In this document: positions 48,711 through 61,669 of the stretch, piece by piece | How positions within the stretch are numbered: position 1 is the stretch's first letter | Layout: every line of letters starts with the position of its first letter | Assembly (NCBI GenBank): GCA_051530055.1 | Contig: CM121341.1 | Location: forward strand, 15,416,784 to 15,480,783 | Direction: 5' to 3' | Length of the DNA: 64,000 bases | Source of the DNA: Neoechinorhynchus agilis | Taxonomy: Eukaryota > Animalia > Acanthocephala | Program-made: the position numbers and the translations under genes | The notes under the pieces: generated by a model | The model's database searches: none | What the model was told of the DNA's origin: nothing | The model's input: only the letters and a program-made list of their open reading frames with translations

Positions 48711-49839
48711 TGTTTCTTTGAAAGTTTAGAATTGAAAGTGTTGTAAGATGAAAGCTGTTAGCTAAAGAAAGAGTGATCAACGCTGTAATACTAGTGTCAG
48801 TCACAATTTTTTTAACGGTACATCAACTTAGTTTTCATTAAGGCAACCAATCAGAATCCAGAATTCAAATACACGAAGGTAATATAAGTTAAGAGCCATA
48901 CCACTTAATTATGATAACGATTTCCGTAATTGTGTTCAAACACAAATGCTTGTTCGCTTTACGATCTGATGTGAACATAAAAACTATTGATGATTTTTCT
49001 TAATTTTGTTTTTAGTTTATCAACTTGAATAATCTATAGTTTTTGCACACAGCAATCGATTATTGCGTAAAGAATGTTTTCTTCAAAGAATGGAAACAAG
49101 CAATTATTTGGCGATTTGTTAAATCAAAGTATAAAATACAGCCAAACCGATCTAAAACATCAGAAAAAAAACACGGAATCGATATAAACGGCTTCTCAGT
49201 AAACTACAGTAAACAAAGTGTAAAAGAATAATCTTAATCATACAAAGATCTATAATGAAATATCGAGAGATTTCATCGAAGGATCGTGTGAATTTCTCAT
49301 CGTACCCAACGCATCTTTAATTTTTTTGAATATTTCCAATGCAAACACGGTTATTCTGAGTGCGCGGCAATTAATTGAAGTGTATCTTCAAACATTGATA
49401 TGTCAAATCATTATCGCTATGATTCTATGTTTGTATTTTAGCTAAAAATTAATGTTTGAAGTTTGAACTACTCTTGCTTGTTAATGGCGGAAACATTAAA
49501 GATATTTCTTTGATAAAGGCACGAGATTGTGCCGAAATATCTGATGTAATAAATTTCTTTAAAATTTCCGAAATAAACAAGCACAAAAAATAATGTCATA
49601 TTGGATAGCTCTGAATATCGATCTGAGTAAAGTTTTCGGCTATTATCTATATTTTTCAATTTTTGGCTTTCAATTAAAATTTGAATTATAGTCTTTCTAC
49701 TGTTCCGCATAGTGATTAATTAGAAGAACATAAAATTTTGTCAGAACTTGAGTGCTCACGAGGACCCAGAGGTATATTATTTCTCTGCTTTAAACAATAA
49801 AAAGTGTCTATTTGTGCCTTTTTTAACGGCTGATAATTT

Positions 49840-50060
49840 TGCTTTGGGCACACAGCCCACTGATCGGAATCAGGATAGCGCATAAAATCACATAATAACC
49901 TAAACCATTAGGCTATGAATTTTTTAAAACCCTCCCTATCCTCAGATGGAGGTGAGACTCATTAGTGAGTTTCCTCCCTTCATCGGCATTTCGTCCTCTT
50001 TTGTTGCGCGTTATCAGCTGTAACGGATTCGAACCATTTAGACCTCTCCGGCACAACTGC
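49840..50060 (-). mobile_element. SINE-like repeat, copy F with hammerhead module at 49941-49996
   Basis: B box GGTTCGAATCC; GGAC-GAAA-TGCC ... CTCA-CTAATGA-GTCT ... CAT-C-TGAG. Confidence 0.7.
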
Positions 50061-51003
50061 GGAAACATGTAAACTCAATCCGATATTAAGTGTGTACATG
50101 TACTACTAAATTAGTTGCTTAATCGACGAAAGATTTAAGCGTTTGATCGAAGAAAAATAGTTAAACATTTAAACGTTGCGAAAAGTAGTTCTGACTACAA
50201 TAAATTTTCATTGGCCAAATTTAGCGTTGTAATTGGAATTAGAACAAAGAATTGCTTACCTTACAATTTTTTAAGGCGAAACAAATTTGTATAATATATC
50301 GAAAACTGTGTTTATTTAATGTTAAATATTAATCTTGCACGTACGCTCATTTGCGCAGAACTGCAACGAACAGCTTGATGTGAATGAATTTTTGGGAGGG
50401 TTTAGCAGTGGGGCATAAAAACAAGGCAAATATGTTTTATTTTATCGGAACGTCCGATCAATTTGTTTGTAATTAAAAAGATTTGTCGCAATCAATTATT
50501 TTATTATTTTGTTCATTTCAAAACTTGACTATCAGTTCTTGGCTTTAAAAAGCGGGCATGATTCGTTTTACATTTTGTATTTGACTGATAGCAGTGGCCG
50601 GTTTCGCATACTACCTGTTTGAAGAAGAGCATGTTTGAGATTGTTGTTTCCATATTTTTGCAAGCATCAAACAAAAAAGACGTTTTTATAGGATTTTCTC
50701 AATCATGCAATGTTCTCATTTAAATTTGTTATTGGCACACAAGTTAAAAATATTACTTAGGGAACGGCAATCGTTAAGGCAGATTTTTGAACGGTTTCTT
50801 TATTAATGGTTGTTCCATTGTTGTTCACTGCAAATCTCCAATTAATATCTCACTTCTTTGTTGTCATTTTTTATTGAAAGTTTTATCCTGATCTTTGAGC
50901 TTGATGGGTACTATGAATTCTTATTGGATAGACGTGAGTTGCGAAAATAACGTCGATTTAAAAAACCAATATTGAATTTTTTAATTCCCTAATAAATCTA
51001 AGA

Positions 51004-52750
51004 TAGGGATCTCAAACATGCGGCCTTGAGCAAGGCATTTCGCACGGCCATTGATTTACATATTTATAAAATTTACATTACACTATTTTGAATTGTTATA
51101 TTTCCGGTGGATTGATTTTCGTATAGCGCTAAAAGCGGGAAACCGGTTTATTATCGTTCATTGGTGTCTGTCAGCTATCTCTTCAGTTTCGTTCATTGTT
51201 GACTGAATTGTGTAAATTTCATTATGCTATATTTTTAACAAACAAGTGCTCATGTCTACTGTTTCGAAGAAAAAAAAGTAAACTCGTAGATGAAAAGAGA
51301 GTTTTCAAGTAAGATGGAAGGATTTATATTCTGTAACTGAAATCAGTGATAAAATCGAAAGAACGACAGCGGTTCCGAAGGAGCTCAACGTGCGTCGACA
51401 CTACGAAGCAATGCACCGTGTGTGAAATATAACGCATACAAAGATAACGTTATTCAACTTAAATCAGCATAATACAAACAAAGTTTCTTTATCAAAATTA
51501 ACCAGTTCAACGAGGATTCTGTAAGGCAGTTCTGAATTAAGTGAGATGATTACAAAGTCATCACGGCCCTTTAAATTGGGTTCGCTCATTAAAGAATGTC
51601 TTTTAACAATCAAAAGAAACTGTTTGACGACATAAGCTTATCGCCCAATAAAGTAGCCAATAGGATTACAGATTTAGCAGCAAATATGGAGAAGCAATTA
51701 ACTGAAACGGCTAGGGGGGTTTGAAGCATTATCAATTGCTCTCAACGAGAGCACCGATTCTGTGTTTATAAGAGGCGTGGTTCGCAATTTAAATGTGACA
51801 GAATAATCGGTGGAACTATTGCCATTGAAGAGACGTGATTTATTTGAAGCCCTGAAAAAATGCACTGAGAAGTATAACTTGCCTTTAGCCACAGACAGCT
51901 TATTATTTCCACCAAGAAATCCTTTGTATTAAAATGTACAGATGAAAAAGGTGATGGATGTAGTAGTTAAAACAGTAAATTATATACGTTCCCGAGGGTT
52001 GAACCACGGATAATTCAGGTCTTTTTTTGCAGATAGGGAATCTGAGTATTATGAACTTATCACACTGAAGTAAGAGATGCGTTTTTGTTTACACTTAGAA
52101 ATGAAATCGCTTCATTCATGACAATTAAAAATAATGTCATATATCATTGTCCTCGGGGTAAATTTGATACAGCTTACTATAAATTTTTCTTCGGAAACAA
52201 TAGCAACTGAAAAGGCAAGGAAAACCTTGTGAAATATCTCGAAAATAAATGAGTATCGATAACACCGGGGACAGGTTTCGCCAACGTACAATTAAAAACA
52301 AGGCAGTTCCTTTACTGACTGCTTTGACAATTCAATGCAACCTTGCTTTTTTAACTGAATTTCGGATCACTTCAATACACTGAACATTAGGCTTCAAGAT
52401 AAACAAGAGGTTATTACACAGATGTACGACAGTGTGAAATCCTTCAGAGTTCAATTATGTTCATGGATGAAGCAACTTTGCAAATTTCTCAGCTCTAAAT
52501 TCCCTGGGCAAAGTTTAACCCAAATGCTTGAAAGAATATGCAGATTTATTGTTTGAGTTACACCAATAGTTTAATTTGCGTTTTGCAGACTTTTACGGGA
52601 GCCACAATTTCAACTTTTTTCGACGCTATTTGCTATAGAAATTGACAATTCTGCAGAGGAATTGCAAATTGAGCTTGTGAATCACCACCAGATTTCTACA
52701 CGCTTCTAGAAAGGCAAGGATTCCTACAATGTTTTCCATGAAAGTTAACA
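51004..52750 (+). mobile_element. hAT-superfamily (SPIN/GTF2IRD2-like) transposase relic
   Basis: Left end AGGGATCTCAAACATGCGGCC; KELNVRRHY, ISLSPNKVANRITDLAANMEKQL, SIALNESTD, VNYIRSRGLNH, HFNTLNIRLQ in broken frames. Confidence 0.75.
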
Positions 52751-54169
52751 AGTCGGTACTCTACTTGCAATAGCGACACCGAGATTGGTTTCATAAAATA
52801 AAGCTTCATATCGATACCCTTGTTGACGTTACTACGGTACTTAAATTGACTACATCACATTTGTAATAAATGGATTTGAGAAAGTTTGTAGAGCATTACG
52901 TTCTTATTATGCTTGTTGTTTATTATTATTTTTACCATTTTAAACAAGTTCTGGCTATGAGGCACTCGAGGTACTCTATAAGTCATCACTTTGCCCTCGG
53001 AGCAATTTGAGGCTTCTAATATAAGACAAAAGAAATCATTTTCGCATTTCTTGATATGTTTTTAAGAACGGTGTTTTGTATTAAAATATTTCCACCCTAA
53101 TAAAAGATTCGCTCTTCGTTGGATATTCATTAGTTTTGAGAAAACACAAAATTTCGTTTGCTACATGTTATCCATTCAAAATCCTTCGATAATTTTTTCG
53201 ATTGTCTTTATTTTAGAAATTTACGTTGTTGAAAACAAATTTATTTTGGTCCATTATTTCGAAGATTCACTGCTTCTTTGGGTTGCTGAAAAACACACGC
53301 AATCCACAAAAGTAAATAGAATAAAGTAAGTGAGGAAATCAATTCGTCCCGTTATTTGAGCACCATTTGGATAGCAATTCATACTCTGCGCTTATAAAAT
53401 CTTCCGGTAAGTGGGTTGCTCTATCCATGCTCGAAGGCTTAACAACAGACGGACAAGCAAAGTATATTCTCGTGTTTTAACGATTTTATCGTCTCTTGGT
53501 TCGCAGTGTATTTGATCATATCGACGAAAATCGGTTCGTTCACCCGCATGTTGATCAGTTGGCAGATTTTCGATTGATTTCTCAACCGCATGTTATCTTT
53601 TCGATTGTCCTTAGTTCAGCGATTTAGGCCGTGATCGATGGCAAAGATTAGTTTTTGTATATAATTTTTATGAGATGTTCCATTGTGACGTGTTCAAGTT
53701 AATAAGGTATAATAATTGATGTGTAAAGTCTCTAGAAAGACGAAGAACATCTAAATTGATGGTTCAGGACTACGATTTGGCAAGTTTAGCAACTGTTATT
53801 TTTAGCATTGTTTTTTACTTTTGTGTTCACGAACGGATTAACTTAAAATACCACCGAGTTTCCCTTCGCGTCGAATTTATCCTGAAAAAAATTGCTGGTT
53901 CTAGTACAATCGAAACAAATTCGATCGATAATGACCTCAAGGACATTTTTATTTACCGATTCGTCAGACGATAATAAATATACAATGCAAGTAATTAACT
54001 AACTTCTTGAAGAAGGATATCCACTTGTTCACATTAATAGAGTTTCAACGGAAATGCTTAAATTTGGAATGAATGTCTACGAGATTGACTTAGCATTGAT
54101 GGTTAGAGCCATGTTTTGCTAGGCAAAAGAATTTCATTATACAATTTTTTTTGAAAAATAATCTTTTTT

Positions 54170-57100
54170 TTATTTTTAACAATTCAAACAATTTGTTTGA
54201 AGCACACTCACCACCTTCCGCCAAATTCCAGTTTTTGTCCTTCCTCGACCGTCGCAATCACGCTGGCAGCGTTGCCTCGTTGTACCGCCAGCGAGATATT
54301 TTGTCGAAGGAATACGCCTGCTCTTGAGTCTCCGGTTGCCTCTCTCAATTTCTTCGAAAGATCCTGGAGCAGAGAGAGTGCCGAGCTGCAGAGCGCTTCA
54401 TACGTCTCTACCCCAAAGGGGACAAAATAGTGAGCCCTCGATAACTGAATATATTTCCGTATTTTCCTCCCTTCCGCTGCACTGGCGGCACCACCGGCGA
54501 TTTCGAGGGAGTAGGGGATGTTGCTGGCTGCGAGGGTGTCCACACACGTGGCGTCCCAGAGAAGGCATTTGCCCTCCCGCCACGGGAAGACCGAAATTCC
54601 ATCGGGCCTACGGCCGTCTAGTCGACAAAGGTGGGCGGGTTCCAGGATGTTCGGGAAGTTCGCCGTTCTCAACGCCCGAGAAATTGCGTTATTGATTTCA
54701 GAATGGCGTGAGATCCTTCCTCCTGACCTTCTGTAGACGAGACCGTGTCGCCCGAAAGCATCAACCAAAGACCCACATCAACAGCGATGGGGCGTGCATA
54801 TCGCGAGACCAAGTCTTAAGGATGCTGCGATCCTCGTTACCTCATCAGTAAGAAGAGTTCCCACTGATGCCAGAGGAACAGCCTCCAACAACGCCCCAGA
54901 TTCTCGTGTTGAAACTGCCAACAGTCTAGCTCGGACGACCCCATCGCGAGAACCGGAAAGTAGAGAGCTGTGAGCTCTTGCGACAAGAGGTCCGCCCCAG
55001 ATCGACTGTCTGAGGCCATTCACGGGAACATGGTTAGCGCCTGTCTGCTGGCACCATTCCTCAACCGCCACCACGAAATCCCGGTCAAGACAGAACTTTT
55101 CCTTCAAAATTTTCTTCGATACTGGTAGGCTCCCCTCAAACGATCCAAGAAAGGCCGGCAAAGCAAGGTCCACTAGTGCCCGAATTCCCAATCCCCCAGA
55201 TGACACAGGCAAAGAAGCTTGTCGCCACGCCTCATCTGAGAGCTGGACATTTAAAATACGCTCGAGACAAGCCCTCATCTTATCGTCCAGCTTTGCCAAT
55301 CCTTTTTGTGTTTGAAAAATGTTGCTGTGCGAACCTTGTACAATAATTTGGGGATGAAGAGCACGTTCTTTATGAGAAACAAGCTTCATGAGCCGAGAGA
55401 GCGCACGCCCTATCGCACAGCAACAAAAGTTTCGGTATGATATGGCCGATCTCATCTTCCACATTTGAATCGAAGACGCAACTGCCCAGGAGGCTGAGTT
55501 GCTCCCGAGTCACGAGTTTCAGGCCTGGAGCTACGGCCTCGAACCCAGCTATTAGTTCTTTGACTTTGGCGGAGTCTCCAATATTCAATACAAGGAGCTC
55601 ACATTTTCCAGCATTGAGCTCAATGCCCATCTTCGACGTCTCCCTAATCAGCGCCTTCAAATCGCGCAGTACAACGGAGGGACCACCTCCGAGCGAAGCG
55701 TTGAAGCTGGAATGGAGAGAATGCGCTATTGGATTTACTGTTAGGGAGAATGCAATTGGACCAAGGGGATCTCCTTGCTGCACTCCTCTTTCGGACCAAA
55801 TGAGGTGGTCTTCGAAAAGCAAAGGAGTCGCCGTCCCGTAGGCATTGCGAAAATACTGGAAGGCTTCTGGGGCATGATCCCTAATTGCGCAGAACATGGT
55901 TTCTCTATTGAGAGAGTTAAAGGCGTTCCGAAAATCACACTTATGAATCACGCACGGCTCTGAGCTTCTCGTAGCAAAGTTTCGGAGCGAGTGGACAATA
56001 GCTTTCGCCCCGCAGGATGTGCAGCAGCCCAGGTGGACTGGACGAAGTTGCTGTCCGGTTTTCTCTGTAATACGTTTGCAAAGAATTTTTCCTGCGAGTC
56101 GGCGTATCGTCGAAGATACGGCGATGGGACGGATCCCACCTTCTTTTTTGTGAACGCACACAATGAGGCTCCGAAAAACAGGTCCTTTGCAACGGGGTTC
56201 AGGTCCTCTCCAGTCAGGCGGTCGACTATTCGAGAAAGCGCACTTCCTAGAGAGAGCTGCTTCACCAGTTGAAAAGGACATCATGTCCTTTAGGTGCTGA
56301 GGCCTTAGTCCGTCAAGCCCGTGACCCGAACCATTTGCAAAAGATGAGATGGCCTTTTGTAACTCTGAAATTTGAGTGGGCGTCCTGTCTTGTATGGGAG
56401 GAGATGGAATTTCAAAACTTCCGCTACTACATGGGTGCTTCGACCGGAGTATTTGTAGCGTCTCGCTGTCTCCTTTTGCGAAACTGTCGGAGGATGACAA
56501 TAACCGAACAGCCCCCCGAACATCTCCGTCCGCAAGCTTCGAAGAGACACGTTCAGTCAGTGATCACTTTGAAAAAGGGCAGCGAAAGTCTTCCTTCGTG
56601 AGTCTCTTACGAACCTCGCGGAGATTCCTTTCAAAATCGTCAAATATTTGTTCAAAGGAGGCTAACCTTTCCTTGATTGTTGATGTCAAAGACACCCCAG
56701 AATCACCGCTGGTGCAGAGGACTAAGCGCGGGAAAACGAAGAGCCGTGTCCATGATGCGCACAGTTCGTTTGGATGCAATCGTTGAGCAATCCCGTAAAT
56801 GCTTTGGCGACCAGATATCGCGCGCCTTTAGGGATCCGTTTTAGGACGTTTCTGGCCAGAAACCGCACGATATTAGGTATCGAAATAGAATCAGTGGTGA
56901 TCTGAAGGGTCTCAGGCACGAAAGGTTCGGTTAATTGTGGTGGAGAACCAGACCCACTACAGCGGAGATCCCGGGGACCATGGACAAACAAAACCCCCAG
57001 ATTGGTTAATTTAAAAGACTTAGCGCAAACCGGACACAAACCAGGAGAGACGCGTGGGAGCCCGGCAGCGTTGGTCTTCGCAGGTTGAACGTGATCGATA

Positions 57101-57290
57101 AGTGGCGCGTTCAAATTATCTGCATCACCAGCGTCGATTGTAGGCGATTTGAACACATTGTGACGTGATTTGGAATTTCGGCAAAACCTATCCGATGCTG
57201 AGATCGTCCTGAGCCTTCTTGGAGTTATAGGGTTGGGAGATGAATCTGATCCGTCGCTATATCCATCATCTGATTTCCTCATATTCGTTT
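54170..57290 (-). mobile_element. Near full-length CRE-clade non-LTR retrotransposon (N-terminal zinc finger, RT, REL endonuclease), frameshifted
   Basis: CPVCAKSFK...VHGP, LKRIPKGAR, KKEGGIRPIAV, DFRNAFNSLNR, GVQQGDPLGP, CTPHRC, RHSEIN, RPDG, WDATCVDTLA; A-rich 3' tail near 54165-54180. Confidence 0.92.
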
Positions 57291-58047
57291 TTGGTCAAGA
57301 CTTTGAGTTCCTAATTCGGTACTTATCGACTTGCTTGTAAGTTTTTAAATATTCGAGTATTGTATTCGTTTGCAAGTTTTTACGACGTTTACAATTTTAT
57401 GCGCATTATATAAAAAGCAATCGAATGAATATTTAAAAAATTTAAAGCGAATTCCGTGTTCAACGCATTCCGATTTTATGGTTCTGTTCAATGCTAGGAC
57501 TAAGATTATTTCTAACCATCGATACCTGCGAAATAAATCTTTCAGCATCGTTAGGAGTGTTGTCCTATTAAAACCGGCATATTTTTATTTTTAAAATATC
57601 GACCGAGTTCTACATTGTCATTTCTACGTGCTTTGATAATAACGAATACCATCACAGTGAAAGGATGAACAATTTGTGTGTGCGTCTTTGTATAGACCTT
57701 AAAGACGATTTAAGAGCGAATTCCAGAAAATTTACATATTGTAAAATCCATTTGACTCAATCTCATATCGGTATAGGAAAATACTGCAAAACGAGCAAAG
57801 AAAAACAATCTTTATTTTTATCACTCTAGAATAGCACTTTCTTGATGCTAAGAATAAAAAATTAACTCTTTAGAACAACTCGTTTACAAAAAGAATTTGT
57901 AAATATTTTCTTCTGAAATTAGTCATTTTTCGACTCATTCAGGTTTCGTAAAATCTTTGCGGCACTATTTTCGCTGTTCGTTCGGGCACTTTTTGACTTT
58001 ATAATTTTTTTAGGTCAATGTGCTTTCAGAGTAGTGAAAAAGGACGG

Positions 58048-58800
<753 letters not shown>

Positions 58801-58949
58801 TCAGATCAAACAACTCTTCCGTGTCAGGAACGTTGCAGCTAAATCCTTTTAATGAACTTATGTGACGCGTGCAAAATGGAGACCGGTCAAGGTAGTGCAA
58901 TAGCTCCTGAGTACATAAATTTCATTAAATGTTGACTTAGGTAGGGTAG

Positions 58950-59840
58950 ATTGGTGCTTTGCCCACTTCAGACGTCGCTTTACCTGCCTTCCACTCCTCT
59001 TGCCGGGCAAGTAAAGTCTATGTCGATGCCATTTTAGGCAAATCGCTGAAGGATGCGATCTTTGAAACAGGATTATCTCAATGGCATCAATTGACAGGCA
59101 TCAACCAGCTCCCCGCAAATGAGTGCAAACAGTCGTCTTGGGACATTCCTCTTGTTCAGAAGATTCACAACTCTTTCAAAGATCTTCTGGATGAGGTGTC
59201 TCAGGTCCGGCTGGTAGCTTATTCCACGAAGGAGTCGGGAGCGTGGCTGAATGCTCTCCCTGTAGGTAAACTTGGAAATCTCCTTGCTAACTCAGTCGTC
59301 AGGATCGCAGTATCCTTGAGATTAGGTCTACCGATTTGCATCCCGCATCGCTGCCGCTGCGGCACTATAGTGGACTCTTCGGGGAGACACGGTCTCATAT
59401 GCAAGACGTCATCGGGACGATTTCCAAGGCATGCTGAAATCAATGCCATCCTGAGTAGGACTCTAAAAACGCTTTGGCGTGACCGTATTTCCTTGGCGGG
59501 AGGGAAAATGTTTGTTGTGGGATGCAACGTGTGTGGACACGTTGGCAAACTCCAACATCAGCCACTCGAAAAAAGGTCCAGGAGGAGCGGCGACGGCTGC
59601 AGAGGATCGGAAATGCTCAAAATACAGGGAGCTAATCCGAAATTACCATTTTGTCCCCTTCGGTGTGGAAACGTATGGGGCCTTGGGAGGGTCGGCACTA
59701 GCCCTCTTGAAGGACTTGGGGAAACGAATTTACGCAGCGACTGGAGAGCCAAGATCGACTTCGTTCCTAGCCCAAAAAATAAGCATTGCGGTGCAGCGGG
59801 GCAATGCGGCTAGCATTTTGGCCTGCGCCGATGAATAGGG
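58950..59840 (+). mobile_element. CRE-clade 3' fragment
   Basis: ESGAWLNALP, CIPHRCRCG, RHAEIN, PWREGKCLLWDATCVDTLA, AVQRGNAASIL. Confidence 0.9.
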
Positions 59841-60179
59841 GCGTCGAAGAAACTATAAATTATGTATGCTCTTGTTAAAAAAAAGCTCTCATGCTTAAAA
59901 AAATTAAGGGTCTAACTAATCCCTTTGGTTCAACAGTCTCACGTTTTTCTTCTCCTTCTTAAGATCATCCCGCTCATTTCCATTTCTCAAATCTTTTGAG
60001 ATGAACACTGCTTGCGCAAGCGAAAGTTCCAATGGGTCTTTTGCTTTATACTTCACGAACGTCGAAATCTTTACTCTTTGACATTCTGGGCGGAACCTTG
60101 AGTAGTTGGTGTCGTCACATTAGATCTCAACAGTTTGATAATTTCAGTTGCATTAATCTAAATATCGTACCGGTGAACC

Positions 60180-60480
60180 AACCTGGATATCGGATCTAAA
60201 CGCTTTTACCTATGACCCTAAGTCCACTTCTTCAAACGACAAGGGCATATCTAAAAGTAAGGAGGGACTGATTGAGTCCTTGCATTCTCATCGGCTGGAG
60301 ACTAAAGGAGAGCTCAGCCTTCATGGTTTTGAGATATTGGATGTCATATGGCTCATACGCTTGATCTTCGTATGAAAATAGTCTCTACCGGCAAATTCGA
60401 GGGTTGACTATGGGGAACCCCCTTGCTCCGGTGTTGACCATATTGTTCCTGGACGATCTGGAGAGGCAGTACGTTTTTAC
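60180..60480 (+). mobile_element. Decayed Penelope-like RT fragment
   Basis: GLTMGNPLAPVLTILFLDDLERQ resembles the PLE motif GLAMGSPLSPVLA. Confidence 0.55.
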
Positions 60481-61079
60481 ACACATTTACCGAAAAACAG
60501 ATTTACCGAAGGTGCGTGGACGAAGATCTACTGTCCTACAGGGAGACGTCTGAAGTGGATGAATTGGAACCGAGGCTCGGGCGTAATGTTTGAGCACTCC
60601 TTTGAACTAATAGAACCTCCAGGCCTATCTTTTTAAAAAAGCCTCCTGATGTCGCTCAGCAACGTTATGAGCTCTTCCTTTCAAATAGATTGAACCAATT
60701 ATTTTGGCTGTTTTAATTCGAATGACGAGTTGATTCGTCTAATTTTCTGTGAGCACAGTAGCGAATCTTTAGTCCTTTAAGGTGTTAAAGTCAAATTACT
60801 AGCCATATAAGCAATAATCAACCGTCCGCTTTGAACGATTTCAGTTTCATGTCGAATAGAATAAATACTAAGAATTATGAATTCGTCGCGTAATAGAAAT
60901 GCGCGAATAATACAAAGCTGGGCTAAATATTAAAAACATGTCAAACTCACTGATTGTGGGAATTTATTTTAGAATTATTATTTAGGTATTCACCCGGTAA
61001 ATAATTTTTTAATTTTTTTCTAAGAATACTTTTCTTTAATAAGTTCGAACAAAACACTCATTCACACCACTGCTCTGGA

Positions 61080-61440
61080 TCACTTAGCCGCCGTCATGGT
61101 GTAACGGTCGAAAGGACGGATGCAGCGTCCCCCCCCATTGCACAGCCAGGCTCATGTTTTACAGAAGGAATACCCCTGCCATCGGATCGCCAGTGGTTCG
61201 TCTCAATATCCTGGGCAATTGATTGACCAGGTCCTGCGCCGCAGTACCAAACGACTCGAGCGTCTTGACGCTAAAGGGAACAAAATAATGATTTCGACTC
61301 AGGTCCTTGCATTTTGTTCTTTTGCGTTCCTCAGCGGCGGTTGCTGCTCCCCCTGGTTTGATAGTGGCGAATTTTATGTTGCTGGCTGAGTGTGGCGTCC
61401 CAGAGAAAGCATTTTCCTTCTCGCCATGGGAATACTGTGA
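61080..61440 (-). mobile_element. Decayed CRE-clade 3' fragment
   Basis: PGGAATAAEERKRTKCKDLSRNHYFVPFSVKTL. Confidence 0.8.
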
Positions 61441-61450
61441 CACCGTACTC

Positions 61451-61552
61451 AAACGTTTCGAACCTCGTCAAGTTCATCATCAATTTGTTAGTTATTAAAA
61501 GACGCTAACTAACAAACTGATAATGAACCCGACGATGTTCGAAACGTCTTTA
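61451..61552. ncRNA. Inverted pair of minimal hammerhead motifs (family P2)
   Basis: Plus: AAA-CTGATAA-T-GAAC-CCGACGAT-GTTC-GAAA-CG-TC-TTT. Minus: AAA-TTGATGA-T-GAAC-TTGACGAG-GTTC-GAAA-CG-TT. Related flanks at ~36805-36870 and ~60970-61020. Confidence 0.55.
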
Positions 61553-61669
61553 ATAAAAATTATTTACCGGGTGAAGGCCTAAACAATTACCCCGGTACCT
61601 CCTCACACACCGACATTGGGATTTATTAAAATAGTTTGTAAAATCGGCGTTTTAAACTGATTTTCTAAG

